A stretch of DNA of 64,000 nucleotides from Candidatus Latescibacterota bacterium. Its GTDB lineage: Bacteria > Latescibacterota > UBA2968 > GCA-2709665. The position numbers and the translations under genes were made by a program. The DNA lies in contig OZ242358.1 of assembly GCA_965208835.1 (NCBI GenBank), positions 4,480,001 through 4,544,000 on the forward strand. The letters run 5' to 3'. Positions 1-9,761 of the stretch are shown here, in pieces. How positions within the stretch are numbered: position 1 is the stretch's first letter; each line of letters opens with the position of its first letter. The notes below the pieces were generated by a model. It ran no database searches and had not been told where the DNA came from. It saw nothing but the letters and a program-made list of their open reading frames with translations.

Positions 1-3000
1 TGCCGGGCGCCGCGTCTGCTGGCGGCATGACATCGTATTGGTTGTCCGTCCCCTGTGTTCTTGTCACCCACGCCAGCCCGCCGGGGTCTCCAAACGACTT
101 CGACCCGCATCCCCCCGTCGCACTCACGCTCACCGTCGTTGCCCCGCCGGCCTTCACCGTCACCGGATCCGGGCTCTGCGACACTGCAATTGCAGAACAC
201 GAACGAGGGGTTACCGTAATCCGGAACTGGCAACTCTCAGATGCGCCGTCGCTGTCGTTAACCCTCACCGAGACATCGTAAGCGCCTTCCGGCCCGGCCG
301 TCCCGGTGATGGTCGCTTTTCCTTTATTCGCTGTAAGCGTCAGCGTCTGTCCCGATGGGCGCACGGACAGCCGTTGGAACGAATACGGTGGAACGCCCTC
401 CCACGCGCTTGCCGTCGTTCTGATGGCGCCACCCTCCGTTACTGTTATGTCCGAGGGGCACATGATCCCCAACGGCGGCGGCGGGGGACTGACGACGGTA
501 ATGGTGAATTGCTCGTCGTCGTGATTTCCCGCATCGCCGGTGTCTCTCACCCGCACCCTCACCTCGTGCCTGCCGGGCGTCGACGGCGCCGTGCCGTGGA
601 CGATCAGGTTGCCGTTGTCGTCAATGCGGTGCCGGACCCATTCCGGCCCCGCCTCCTTCGACGACGATCTCGTCCCGCAGCCGCCGGACACGGCGGCCGT
701 ACGCCGAAACGTCCGGTTCACCTCCACCTCGAAAGATCGGACGTCCGCAACGGCAATGTCCGGGCAATTTACGGTCACGGTGAACGTCCCCGTGGCCGAG
801 CACCCGTAGTCGTCACGCACCCGCACCGTCACGGTATACGCGCCCGCCGATGCGGCCGTGACGGTGACGGCGCCGTCCCGTTCTCCAATGGACAGCGTGA
901 TGCCCTGTGCCGGTTCCGACGAGATAAAGTACCAGTATGACGCGCGGCTGCCGGACCCCGTCGCGGTCATCGAGACGGACTGTCCCACCGTCACCGTCGC
1001 GTCGCTCAGCCCGCCCACGGTAATCTCCGGACAAACAACGGTGAGGGTGAACCCCTCCTGTCCGGTATTGCCTTCCTCGTCCGCGGCGGTGACCGTCACC
1101 TCGTATCGTCCGGCAGGGGCGGCAGCGCCGCTGATGACGCCGGTGGTCCCGTCGATCTCCACGTCCTCCGGCGCGCCGGTCATCGTATACGCGATCGTCC
1201 CGCAGCCACCTTCCGCGACCGCCGGGATCGAGATCGAATCCCCCACCGTCACCGTGACGTCCTCGATCGCAGCCACGGTGACGACGGGGCACACCTGCAC
1301 CATGAAGGCGCCCTCACCCATACAGCCGCCGGCGTCAGTCACACGCACCGTCACGGTGTACGCGCCTGCTGCCGTCGGCGCGCCGGTGATGACACCGCTC
1401 TGTTCGTCGATGGACAGGCCCGACCCTTCGGGAACCACCGCCAGCGCATACCGGCCGTCCTGCGCGCCACTCACGACGGCCTGCATCGACAACGCCTGCC
1501 CCACCGTCACTGACGTGTCGCGCAGGCCGCCAACGGCGATGACCGGGCACACCTGCACGGTAAAGTCGCTCTCACCCGTACAGCCGTTCTCGTCCGTTAC
1601 GGTTACCGTCACGGTGTACGCGCCTGCTGCCGTGGGTGCGCCGCTGATGGCCCCGCTTTCCTCATCGATGGACAGGCCCGACCCTTCTTCGGGAACCACC
1701 GCCAGCCCGTACCGGCCGTCCTGCACGCCACTCACCACGGCCTGCATTGACAACGCCTGCCCCACCGTCACCGTCGTATCCCCCACGCCCGTGACCGCAA
1801 TGGACGGACACCCCGCCCGCGCCGTCACGCTCGACGCCGCCCCGCGCACAAAGCCCGCGCGGGCGCGCAGTTCGAACGTATACGTTGTCCCGTTCGTCAA
1901 CGGACTCACCCGGTGGCTGCGCCGTTCCACGTCGCCGGCCGCAATATCCCGCCACGCCGCCGCCGATACCGACGCGGCGTCTTCGCCGTGACGCACCTCA
2001 TACCCGTCCACGGCGTCGTCCATCGGGTCCGCCCACGACAGCGTCACGGCCCTGTCCTGCGATAATGCGCCAAGCTGGTCAGGCGCGGCAGGCGCGGGCG
2101 CGGCCGCCGCCGCCGAAGCCTCGCCGGGGGTCGCCGCGGCCAGCGCGCGCACCTCGAACGTATACGCCGTCCCGTTCGTAAGGCCCGTCACCACGTGGTC
2201 CGTCGTACTCGCGTCGCTGTCCGGTATGCCGGTCCACGCCGGTTGCGCCGGGCGGTCGCCGCTGTAGTACATCAGTTGGTACGCCGTGACGGCGTCATCG
2301 TCCGTGGCCGTCCATTCCAGCCGCACCTGACTGACACCCGCCGTCGCCTCGAGGTCCGCAGGCGCGGCGGGATACGGTGTGGCCGCCGCCGCCGAAGCAT
2401 CGCCGGGGGTCGCCGCGGCCACCGCCCGCACCTCGAACGTATACGCCGTCCCGTTGGTCAGGCCCCTCACCACGTGGTCCGCCGTGCCCGGCCCGCTGCC
2501 CGGGATATCCGTCCACGACGGGGCCGCCGGGCGGGCGCCGCTGTAATACGTCAGCTGGTACGCGGTCACGGACGCGTCGCCCGGGGCCGTCCACGCCAGT
2601 GTCACCTGATTTACGCCAGCCGTCGCCTCGAGATTCGCGGGCGTGGCGGGAACCGGCGTGGCCTTCGCCACCGAAGCCTCGCCGTGCACAGTCCCTGAGA
2701 CCGCGCGCACCCCGAACGTATGCTCGATCCCGTTGGGCAGACCCACTATCGGATGCGGCGACGTCACGGGGACGTCGAACCATCCGGTAACCGGCACACC
2801 CCCGCGGAAAAATCGCAACTGATAGCCCGTGACCGACGCATCCGTCGTCACCTCCCAGACAAGCGTCACCTGTCCCACGCCCGCCGTCGCCGTCAGCCCG
2901 GCAGGCGGCGCAGGAACAGGCGCGGCGGACACGCTCGACGCCGCGCCGGGACCGAACGTGTTGACCGCACGCACGTCGAACGTGTACGACTGCCCGTTGG

Positions 3001-5041
3001 TCAACCCCGTTTCTTCGTGGTCGATCGTACCCGCGTCGCTGCCTTCGACGTCCGACCAGGGGGGAACCTGTGCGCCGGCCTCGTAGATGCGCACCTGATA
3101 CTTCGTGATGGACGCGTCCGGCGGTTCGTCCCAATGCAGCGTCACCGCGTTCACCCCCGCCTCGGCCCGCAGGTTCCCCGGCGCCTTCGCCGTCATCGGC
3201 ATCACGCCCGCCGCAGCGCCGGGACCCGCCGCGCTGACGGCACGCACCTCGAACGTGTACGACCGCACGTTCGTCACCCCCGTCACCACGTAGCGGTCCG
3301 TGCCCGCAAAGCTGCCCGCGATATCCGTCCAGGCAACGTCCGTCGAGGCCCCGGCGTACCACCGCACCTGATAGCCCGTGATCGCCGCGTTGCCCGCAAC
3401 CGCCCACGTCAGCGCCACCGCCCCCTGCGCCAGCGTCCACCGAAGCCTCTCCGGGGCCGCCGGTACTCCCGGCGCCGCTGTCACCGACGACATGGCGCCC
3501 ACCCCCGCGGGGTTTACACCGCGCACCTCGAACGTGTACAGCGTCCCGTTCTCCAGCCCACCCACCGTGTGACGCGTCGCCGCCGCGTCCATACCGGGAA
3601 TGGCCGTCCACGCGCCAGCTATACCACCTGCATCCGTAACCCGCACCTCATAACCCGCGATGCCCGCGTCGTCCGCACGGTCCCACGACAGCGTCACCGC
3701 ACCCTCGCCCGCAGAGGCCGCAAGGCCACCGGGCGCCGGCAGCGCGCCCACGGTTACCCACACGTGCGACGGCGCCCCCGGACCCGCGACGTTCACCGCG
3801 CGCAGGCCCACCCGATACCGCGTGCCGTCGATCAGCCCCGTCAACGTGGTGCTGTATCCCGCACCCTCGTCCACCGCCGCCGCGGCCGTCCAGTCCAGGA
3901 TCAACCCGTTCGGGTCGCCGTAGCTGACTTCAAACCCCGTCACACCCGTACCGCCCCCCTCGGTCCACGTCAGCACCACCCGCCCGGCGCCGGGCCATCC
4001 CGCCAGGCCCTCCACCGCCCCCGAAGGCGGCGTCGGCGTCACCCGTACCACCGACGAGTCGCCGTGCGCTTCCCCTGCCAGCGCGCGCACCTCGAACGTA
4101 TGCTCGACACCGTTGGTCAGGCCTCCGATCGTATGCGACGTCGACACGGGGATCCCGATCCACACCGAATAAGGCATGCCTTCACGAATATAACGAAACT
4201 CATAACCCGTCACCGACACATCCATCGCATCGTCCCACTTCAGACGCACCTGACCGTCGCCCGGACGCGCCGTAAGGTTCGCAGGCGCATCCGGCACGAG
4301 AGACACGGCTGCGCTCGCACCACCCCCCGCACCCAGCACGCTGACCGCACGCACCCAGAACGTATACGACGCACCCGCACTCAGCCCCCCCACCGTATGC
4401 TCCGTCGTCCCCGCGTGGCTGCCCTCGATATTGCGCCAGTTCTGTACCAATTCCCCGCCGCGGATGTACTTCAGCTCATACCTCAAGATCGTCGCCTGGC
4501 CCGCATCGTCCCACGTCAACACCCCCTCACCCGCCACGATCTCAGCAGACAACCCCGAAGGCGCCGCAGGTACAGTCACCGTGCTCGACGTCTCCAGGTC
4601 GTACATCACGCTCTCCGACCATCCGCTCAACGCGCTGCCGCGCACCGCGCGCACCTCGAACCGGATATACCGCTCGCGACCCCGCGTGCCCGGACTGAAC
4701 CGCCGACGCGTCACACCGCCCGAAATCGGGGTCCCGCCGACACTCACACGGAACAACCCGCTCGTCAACGACGTGTGCCTGATCCGGTAGCCCGTCACGG
4801 CGCCCGCGTTCACCTCTGGGGCGCGCCACGTCAACAGGATGCGGCCGCCCGAATCCGCGGACGCGTTCAACTCCGTCGGCGCATCACCGCCTTGAGAAAA
4901 CAGCGGCGACGCGAAAATCAATACCAGCGCGCACGATAGAAGCCATTGTCCGCCGCGGCACAGCCCGCGGTTCATCGCCACCCTCGACCCTGAACACAAC
5001 GCCACCGCCGCACGCCGCGGTTCCGCCCTACCGTCCTGCAC
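1..5041 (-). CDS. Giant secreted/surface protein with about 11 fibronectin type III repeats followed by several Cys-containing putative Ig (He_PIG-like) repeats; 3' end lies outside the window
   Basis: Partial manual minus-strand translation. GTG start at 5041 behind GAGGGAGG, with an alternative in-frame ATG at 4975. Signal-like WLLSCALVLIFASPLFSQ, then FN3 motifs (PTELNASAD..ILLTWRAP..VTGYRIR) and later GLSIDEESGAISGAPTAAGAYTVTVTVTD Ig repeats. The plus-strand shadow ORFs starting at 27, 306, 540, 858, 2829, 3105, 3378, 3660 and 4431 all share the matching phase, which supports one continuous frame. Probably missing from the ORF track because it has no stop inside the window. Confidence 0.9.
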   Translation of the reverse strand, partial: MQDGRAEPRRAAVALCSGSRVAMNRGLCRGGQWLLSCALVLIFASPLFSQGGDAPTELNASADSGGRILLTWRAPEVNAGAVTGYRIRHTSLTSGLFRVSVGGTPISGGVTRRRFSPGTRGRERYIRFEVRAVRGSALSGWSESVMYDLETSSTVTVPAAPSGLSAEIVAGEGVLTWDDAGQATILRYELKYIRGGELVQNWRNIEGSHAGTTEHTVGGLSAGASYTFWVRAVSVLGAGGGASAAVSLVPDAPANLTARPGDGQVRLKWDDAMDVSVTGYEFRYIREGMPYSVWIGIPVSTSHTIGGLTNGVEHTFEVRALAGEAHGDSSVVRVTPTPPSGAVEGLAGWPGAGRVVLTWTEGGGTGVTGFEVSYGDPNGLILDWTAAAAVDEGAGYSTTLTGLIDGTRYRVGLRAVNVAGPGAPSHVWVTVGALPAPGGLAASAGEGAVTLSWDRADDAGIAGYEVRVTDAGGIAGAWTAIPGMDAAATRHTVGGLENGTLYTFEVRGVNPAGVGAMSSVTAAPGVPAAPERLRWTLAQGAVALTWAVAGNAAITGYQVRWYAGASTDVAWTDIAGSFAGTDRYVVTGVTNVRSYTFEVRAVSAAGPGAAAGVMPMTAKAPGNLRAEAGVNAVTLHWDEPPDASITKYQVRIYEAGAQVPPWSDVEGSDAGTIDHEETGLTNGQSYTFDVRAVNTFGPGAASSVSAAPVPAPPAGLTATAGVGQVTLVWEVTTDASVTGYQLRFFRGGVPVTGWFDVPVTSPHPIVGLPNGIEHTFGVRAVSGTVHGEASVAKATPVPATPANLEATAGVNQVTLAWTAPGDASVTAYQLTYYSGARPAAPSWTDIPGSGPGTADHVVRGLTNGTAYTFEVRAVAAATPGDASAAAATPYPAAPADLEATAGVSQVRLEWTATDDDAVTAYQLMYYSGDRPAQPAWTGIPDSDASTTDHVVTGLTNGTAYTFEVRALAAATPGEASAAAAAPAPAAPDQLGALSQDRAVTLSWADPMDDAVDGYEVRHGEDAASVSAAAWRDIAAGDVERRSHRVSPLTNGTTYTFELRARAGFVRGAASSVTARAGCPSIAVTGVGDTTVTVGQALSMQAVVSGVQDGRYGLAVVPEEGSGLSIDEESGAISGAPTAAGAYTVTVTVTDENGCTGESDFTVQVCPVIAVGGLRDTSVTVGQALSMQAVVSGAQDGRYALAVVPEGSGLSIDEQSGVITGAPTAAGAYTVTVRVTDAGGCMGEGAFMVQVCPVVTVAAIEDVTVTVGDSISIPAVAEGGCGTIAYTMTGAPEDVEIDGTTGVISGAAAPAGRYEVTVTAADEEGNTGQEGFTLTVVCPEITVGGLSDATVTVGQSVSMTATGSGSRASYWYFISSEPAQGITLSIGERDGAVTVTAASAGAYTVTVRVRDDYGCSATGTFTVTVNCPDIAVADVRSFEVEVNRTFRRTAAVSGGCGTRSSSKEAGPEWVRHRIDDNGNLIVHGTAPSTPGRHEVRVRVRDTGDAGNHDDEQFTITVVSPPPPPLGIMCPSDITVTEGGAIRTTASAWEGVPPYSFQRLSVRPSGQTLTLTANKGKATITGTAGPEGAYDVSVRVNDSDGASESCQFRITVTPRSCSAIAVSQSPDPVTVKAGGATTVSVSATGGCGSKSFGDPGGLAWVTRTQGTDNQYDVMPPADAAPG

Positions 5042-5272
5042 GTTGCACCTCCCTCGTTTTGTTGGACCCCTTCCCCTCCAGGCGACGCCGCACCATCCCC
5101 CTTCGGCACCGTGAGAGACGACTGTAGACAGACGTCAAATATAACGATATCGATGTGTCGTCGCTGTGGCGATATGACCATATTGTGTGTTATTTTTGTG
5201 TCGATAGCCCGAAAAACAGGGGGATGGCATTCAGGCCCGCGCGATCACGCCGTCGCGCACGGTGCTACCCAC

Positions 5273-5303
5273 AAAAAAAACGGAGCCCTTAAATCAGGCT
5301 CCG
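5273..5303 (-). terminator. Intrinsic terminator (minus strand)
   Basis: CGGAGCC-N9-GGCTCCG stem preceded by A8 on the plus strand, giving a U-tract on the minus strand. Confidence 0.65.
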
Positions 5304-5439
5304 CTCCTTCTGCCACAACGTTGTTGAATCTCTATGCTTCGCGATTTCGTCCCTCGAACGCCGCCTGGAGTCCACCTACCACGGCTAATCGGACCGACCC
5401 ACGTGTCGCCCGGGGCGCTCCCGACGTTCGCTCCATTGC

Positions 5440-5782
5440 CAGTGCGCCGGGACCGGGCTCCGTGCCCACGTCCGTGAGCCGCGCGGCGGGAATCGCATTG
5501 AGCAAGGCCATGTCCAAAGATCTCGCACAGCACCTGATTCGCGTCAACACCGTATGTCTCACGAATATCAGGTCGGCGCAGGCGCAGCGGGCCTGGACGG
5601 CCTCCGGCAGCGACATGGATTTCGATGCCTGGTGTGAAGAAGCCGGAAAAGACGTACCGCTGGGGAGGATGGGCGAACCCGCCGAGGTGGCCGATCTGGT
5701 CGCGTTTCTGGTGTCCGACAGGGGCGCCTTCATGACCGGCGCCGCGATCAACTTCGACGGCGGGGCGGGTGAGACGGTCTAG
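5440..5782 (+). pseudogene. 5'-truncated short-chain dehydrogenase/reductase (SDR) remnant
   Basis: C-terminal SDR motifs (SVSRAAG..SKDLA..IRVNTVC, PLGRMGEPAEVADLVAFLVSD..FMTGAAINFDGG) with no N-terminal TGxxxGxG Rossmann region upstream in frame. Start coordinate approximate. Confidence 0.75.
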
Positions 5783-5787
5783 GCGAT

Positions 5788-6561
5788 CTATATCGCCAGC
5801 TGATGGGCCCGGGTGAAGCAGCGGCGGCGGACGACGTGTACGACGATAATCGAGCCAATAGCGGTGGCGGCAACGATCATCAGCATCACGATGATCTGAT
5901 ACTTGATGGCGGTCATCGGGTCCGAGCCAGCCAGGATCTGACCCGTCATCATCCCGGGCAGGGAAACGAGGCCGACGGTCATCAGGGAGTTGATTGAAGG
6001 GATCATACCGGCCTTGACCACGTCGCGAAGAATCGTGGCCGTCGCTTCCTGGTAGGTGGCGCCGAGGCAAAGGGCGAGTTCGATCTGGTCCCGCTGTTTG
6101 CGCAGGTCTGAGAAGAGGCGTTCCAGTGCGATCGTGACCGCGTTCATGGAGTTGCCGATAATCATGCCGCCGAGGGGGATGAAGTACTGAGGCGTGTACC
6201 AGGGCTTGACCTGAACGATCGCCGCCGTAACCAAGATGGAAACGGTCGTGTAGCTGGCCACCATTGAAATGAACGTTGGGATGAAGTATCGGACCTCCCT
6301 TTCCTTTACCCGGCCGCGGATGGCGTGGGCGGCCCAGAAGACCATCCAGACGAAGAGGACGAGAATCAGGTACGGGTTGTTGATCTGGAAGATGTACTTG
6401 AGAACGTAGCCGACGAGAAAGAGCTGCGCGAAGGTGCGCACCGTGCCCCACGCGAGATCCTTTTCCAGCCTGAGCCGGAAGACAACCGAGCCAGTTCCCG
6501 CGATCAGGACGAAAACGAGACACAGAAGCAGTTGTACGGGGGTGATCTCGATCAGGTTCAA
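5788..6561 (-). CDS. fetB: ABC transporter permease, UPF0014/FetB (YbbM) family
   Basis: RTFAQLFLVGYVL, PQYFIPLGGMIIGNSMN, GLVSLPGMMTGQILAG..AIKYQI motifs. TTG start overlaps the stop of the upstream ATPase (TTGA). Confidence 0.85.
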   Translation of the reverse strand: MNLIEITPVQLLLCLVFVLIAGTGSVVFRLRLEKDLAWGTVRTFAQLFLVGYVLKYIFQINNPYLILVLFVWMVFWAAHAIRGRVKEREVRYFIPTFISMVASYTTVSILVTAAIVQVKPWYTPQYFIPLGGMIIGNSMNAVTIALERLFSDLRKQRDQIELALCLGATYQEATATILRDVVKAGMIPSINSLMTVGLVSLPGMMTGQILAGSDPMTAIKYQIIVMLMIVAATAIGSIIVVHVVRRRCFTRAHQLAI

Positions 6562-7220
6562 GCGGAGACCTCCTGAAGACCGCCGTCGAGCCGGTAACGC
6601 CTGGCCCTGACGCGAACCGGATTGAAGTCCAGGTGCGTAACCAGGACAATACCGATGTTCTGTTCCAGCGCGAGTCGTTCCAGCCATGTTTCGACCACGG
6701 ATTTGGACTCGGGATCGAGGGCGGAAGTGGGTTCGTCGCAGAGGAGAAAGCCGGGTTCGGACAGCAGCGCGCGGATCAGGGCGATCCGCTGTTTCTGCCC
6801 TACGGAAAGGGTTTCCGCATCGTCGTCGAGGTCCACGTCCTGAAGCAGGAAATCGTCCATAAGGACTCGGAGCCGGTCTTCGTCCGGCTGTTGCCTTTCT
6901 CGTCCGGCTTTAAACGTGAATGAAAGGGTCAGGTTGGTACGCACGTTGCCATCTGCCATTGCGGGCGTCTGCTGGACGTAACCGACTATTCGCCGCAGTT
7001 CCGTGACGTTTTGGTGAGACACGGGGCTGCCGTCAAGCAGGATGTCGCCCGAAGAGGGTTCCTGCAGCCGGTTGGGCAGCCTGAGGAAGCTGGATTTGCC
7101 GCTTCCCGACGGCCCATGGATGAGCACGAAATCCCCGCTGTCAACGGTGAGGTTCACGCGTTGAACCAGCGGTTTTTTTGTGCCGTACCGAAGTGAAAGG
7201 TTTTTGATCTCGAGGCGCAT
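6558..7220 (-). CDS. fetA: ABC transporter ATP-binding protein, FetA (YbbL)-like
   Basis: Walker A GPSGSGKS, signature LSVGQKQR, Walker B LLCDEPTSALD; coupled to fetB. Confidence 0.8.
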   Translation of the reverse strand: MRLEIKNLSLRYGTKKPLVQRVNLTVDSGDFVLIHGPSGSGKSSFLRLPNRLQEPSSGDILLDGSPVSHQNVTELRRIVGYVQQTPAMADGNVRTNLTLSFTFKAGRERQQPDEDRLRVLMDDFLLQDVDLDDDAETLSVGQKQRIALIRALLSEPGFLLCDEPTSALDPESKSVVETWLERLALEQNIGIVLVTHLDFNPVRVRARRYRLDGGLQEVSA

Positions 7221-7243
7221 GGCTTCCTGTTTAGTGCGTCTTG

Positions 7244-8629
7244 CTACGCATTCTCGAAGATTTCGAGTACGTCGATGATGCTCAGACCCGTGTGATATCC
7301 CGGGTCCGCATCCGCGGTAGCGGGAATGACCGGCACGACCTGTCCGGCTTCGTTTCGGGTCTGATAGGCCATCAGATGGAGGTCCGGACGAACGAAGTGC
7401 CTCGTGAAGGCGTTGTGGCACGCAGCGAATATGCTCAGGACGTCCTGTCGCCGTGCCGTGGATGGGGCAATCGAAAAGCAGTGAGCGGCGGCGCGCAGCG
7501 TTTCAGGAAGGTTCCACCACGGCATGTCGGTATTGGCGGGTGCGCGGGATACCAGGTCGAACATCTTGCAGATGCCGCCGGGGCCGGGTTGGAAACCCCC
7601 CGCAAAAGTATGCGCGAGCAGCGCGGGCATATGGGCTTCGACGCCCGCGATTTCCGCCAGCTGTTCGGCATCCGCCAGCTTGTTTTCTCTGACGGCCGCG
7701 GTGAATTTCAGCGTCAGGCCGATAAATTCGAGGACGTGGCCCGGATCGGAAAGGATCCTGCCGTCCTCCTCGAAGGGCCGGCCGTCGTCATCCACCGCTT
7801 CCCAGAAGTCGTACTCCCGGAGACGCGGCACCCGCCCGCCCAGATTGACGTAGGTCCGCATTTCGTGACGAATGAGGCGCAGACCCATCTCCACGCTGTC
7901 GGGAATACGGTGTTCGGCCAGCAGGCCGGCGGCGCCGATCTGAATCATGTACGCGCCGTGGGGATGGCGTCCCGGTCGGGGTCCGGTGGGATTCATCGGA
8001 TCCAGTGAAACCTGGTCGGTGGTGAACCGGCCCTCGAAAATGGCATTGTCCACGCGGCGGCAGTATCCCATGGCTTCCGCTTCGGCATCCCGCAACTCGA
8101 GGTATCTCGCCGCGGCAACCATGCCTTTGGCGCTGAAGAGGTCGCTGAACCCGTAGCTCGATTCCTCCGTGAACTCCAGCGTCCGGATTCCGCCTTCCTC
8201 GTCCAGCGTGAACGGGTTTCCATCAGGTGACATGAAAAAGGACAGGTGGCCGGCGTTTCGGGCGCGGATCTCAAGCAGTCTCGCAAGCACGTCGGCCGCG
8301 ATGCGCTCCAGGCGGCGCCTCAGTTCCGGCGCCAGATTATGGCGGCGCATCCATCGGCAGTGTCCGGCAAGGGATTCGAGGCCGCGACCCTGAATCCAGC
8401 CATAGACCGCGTTCCCACCCCTTACGGGATCGTCCGGCGGGAAGTCCTCTCCGGTGATGAGATCCAGCTTGGTATCGATGAAGGGGTAGTCGGGCGCGCG
8501 TTCGTATCGATCAGCAATGGCGGCCATCACCGCAAGCAGCATGGCGCGGTAGTCGGGCAGAACGGACACGACGCCGGGGAGGACTGGACGCTCAGGAAGG
8601 AGTATTCCCCGATACAGGGTTTCAGCCAT
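7244..8629 (-). CDS. AGE/N-acylglucosamine 2-epimerase-family (alpha/alpha)6 sugar epimerase/isomerase
   Basis: WIQGRG, DPGHVLEF, MPWWNLPET and DPGYH motifs resemble AGE-family motifs. Alternative start at 8680. Confidence 0.65.
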   Translation of the reverse strand: MAETLYRGILLPERPVLPGVVSVLPDYRAMLLAVMAAIADRYERAPDYPFIDTKLDLITGEDFPPDDPVRGGNAVYGWIQGRGLESLAGHCRWMRRHNLAPELRRRLERIAADVLARLLEIRARNAGHLSFFMSPDGNPFTLDEEGGIRTLEFTEESSYGFSDLFSAKGMVAAARYLELRDAEAEAMGYCRRVDNAIFEGRFTTDQVSLDPMNPTGPRPGRHPHGAYMIQIGAAGLLAEHRIPDSVEMGLRLIRHEMRTYVNLGGRVPRLREYDFWEAVDDDGRPFEEDGRILSDPGHVLEFIGLTLKFTAAVRENKLADAEQLAEIAGVEAHMPALLAHTFAGGFQPGPGGICKMFDLVSRAPANTDMPWWNLPETLRAAAHCFSIAPSTARRQDVLSIFAACHNAFTRHFVRPDLHLMAYQTRNEAGQVVPVIPATADADPGYHTGLSIIDVLEIFENA

Positions 8630-8716
8630 GGCGGCGGTTTCCGGGACGCAACCCGCGAATTCCCATCGTGAAAGTGACACTGCGGGCGACAGATTCCGAC
8701 TTGTGGCGGGATAACG

Positions 8717-9553
8717 CTACGCCCAGACGTAGACCTCGCCGTCGTCGTCTGACCAGCCGATGAAGACGGCCAGGACGATTCTGGGATCGGTTCCCTCGAC
8801 CGCGGGGACCTCGTGGATGCAGCGGGTGTTGAAGAAGTAGAGATCGCCGGGTTCAAGTTCGACGCGGCACTGTCCGATGTCGTTCAGCCGGGCGTATTCG
8901 TGAAAGGCGTTTTCGGCAATGTGCGCCTCGACGTCTTCCGTCCACAGACACCGGTGCAGGATCGCCTGGGTCGCCGGGCCGGCCTGCGCCGCGTTCTGAA
9001 AGCAGAGGATGCCGGCGAACTGGTGGTCGAACCGGGAGACCTCGTAATTGAAGCGTTTTTCGCGCAGCGTGACGTGGTCGATGTGCGGCTGGTAGGTGTG
9101 GTGGGTGTAGTGGATGCGGAAGATGGCCGGACCGTAAAGGCGGCCGTCGGGTTCGCGCGCCGTCACCACCCGTTTGCCCGAGGCGAGGGCGCTGAGGCTG
9201 TTATAGATGACGTCGACCGGATTGTCGAATCCATTGAAGAGTTCAACAAACAGGTCGTGAGTCTGTACGGAGTGATTGAGAAACCCCTCCTGGTCGTTAC
9301 CCAGATTCCCCAGGCTCGTGCCGATGTCGATTCGGGTACGGGTATCCCCGGATTCCGTGTCCGAGGGGTCCCGCATCAGGCCGCGGTCTATGAAGCGGCG
9401 GATCAGGCCGTCACAGTGGGCCGGGTCGTAGGACCTCGGCAGGAGGATGGCAGGTATCTCGGCCGCTGAAAGGGCGTGGAGCGGATTTTCATACGCCGCG
9501 TTGACGGTTTTCAGGTCCGGTCCAACCGGCAGCCAGGGATCCGTGGCCGGCAT
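8717..9553 (-). CDS. 2-oxoglutarate/Fe(II)-dependent oxygenase-like protein
   Basis: HxD...H triad (PHIDH ... CIHEV), PGDLYFFN, distal Arg. Confidence 0.65.
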   Translation of the reverse strand: MPATDPWLPVGPDLKTVNAAYENPLHALSAAEIPAILLPRSYDPAHCDGLIRRFIDRGLMRDPSDTESGDTRTRIDIGTSLGNLGNDQEGFLNHSVQTHDLFVELFNGFDNPVDVIYNSLSALASGKRVVTAREPDGRLYGPAIFRIHYTHHTYQPHIDHVTLREKRFNYEVSRFDHQFAGILCFQNAAQAGPATQAILHRCLWTEDVEAHIAENAFHEYARLNDIGQCRVELEPGDLYFFNTRCIHEVPAVEGTDPRIVLAVFIGWSDDDGEVYVWA

Positions 9554-9568
9554 TTCGGTTTCCTCTCT

Positions 9569-9756
9569 GAAGCTGTGTTGGAATTCCCGGTGTGTTCCCG
9601 AGCGCGAGCGAAAGGGTGTCGGTCCAGGCGGTCGAATTCGCCCCTATCTAAATGTATCGAGGCTGCGCGCCCCTCGCCTCTCTGGGTGGATTTGACCAAC
9701 GCAGACCGACGCGCTTGCAGCCGCGCGAAGACCGCCGGGAATTTTAATACAGCTTC
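9569..9756. mobile_element. MITE-like palindromic element
   Basis: Terminal inverted repeats GAAGCTGTGTTGGAATTCCCGGTG / CGCCGGGAATTTTAATACAGCTTC, plus internal pairing GTGTCGGTC/GACCGACGC. Fills the intergenic gap. Confidence 0.65.
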
Positions 9757-9761
9757 CAATA

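Noticed and set aside
1290-2480. Direct repeats considered as a CRISPR array or a DGR template/variable pair
   Set aside because: They are in-frame protein domain duplications of about 260-280 bp period. There are no unique spacers, cas genes or reverse transcriptase, and the mismatches are not adenine-specific.
27-4939. Many long plus-strand ORFs (e.g. 858-1991, 2720-4939) and alternative-frame minus ORFs
   Set aside because: Shadows of the real minus-strand FN3/Ig gene; Arg/Pro- or Thr/Val-rich artefacts of GC-rich codon usage.
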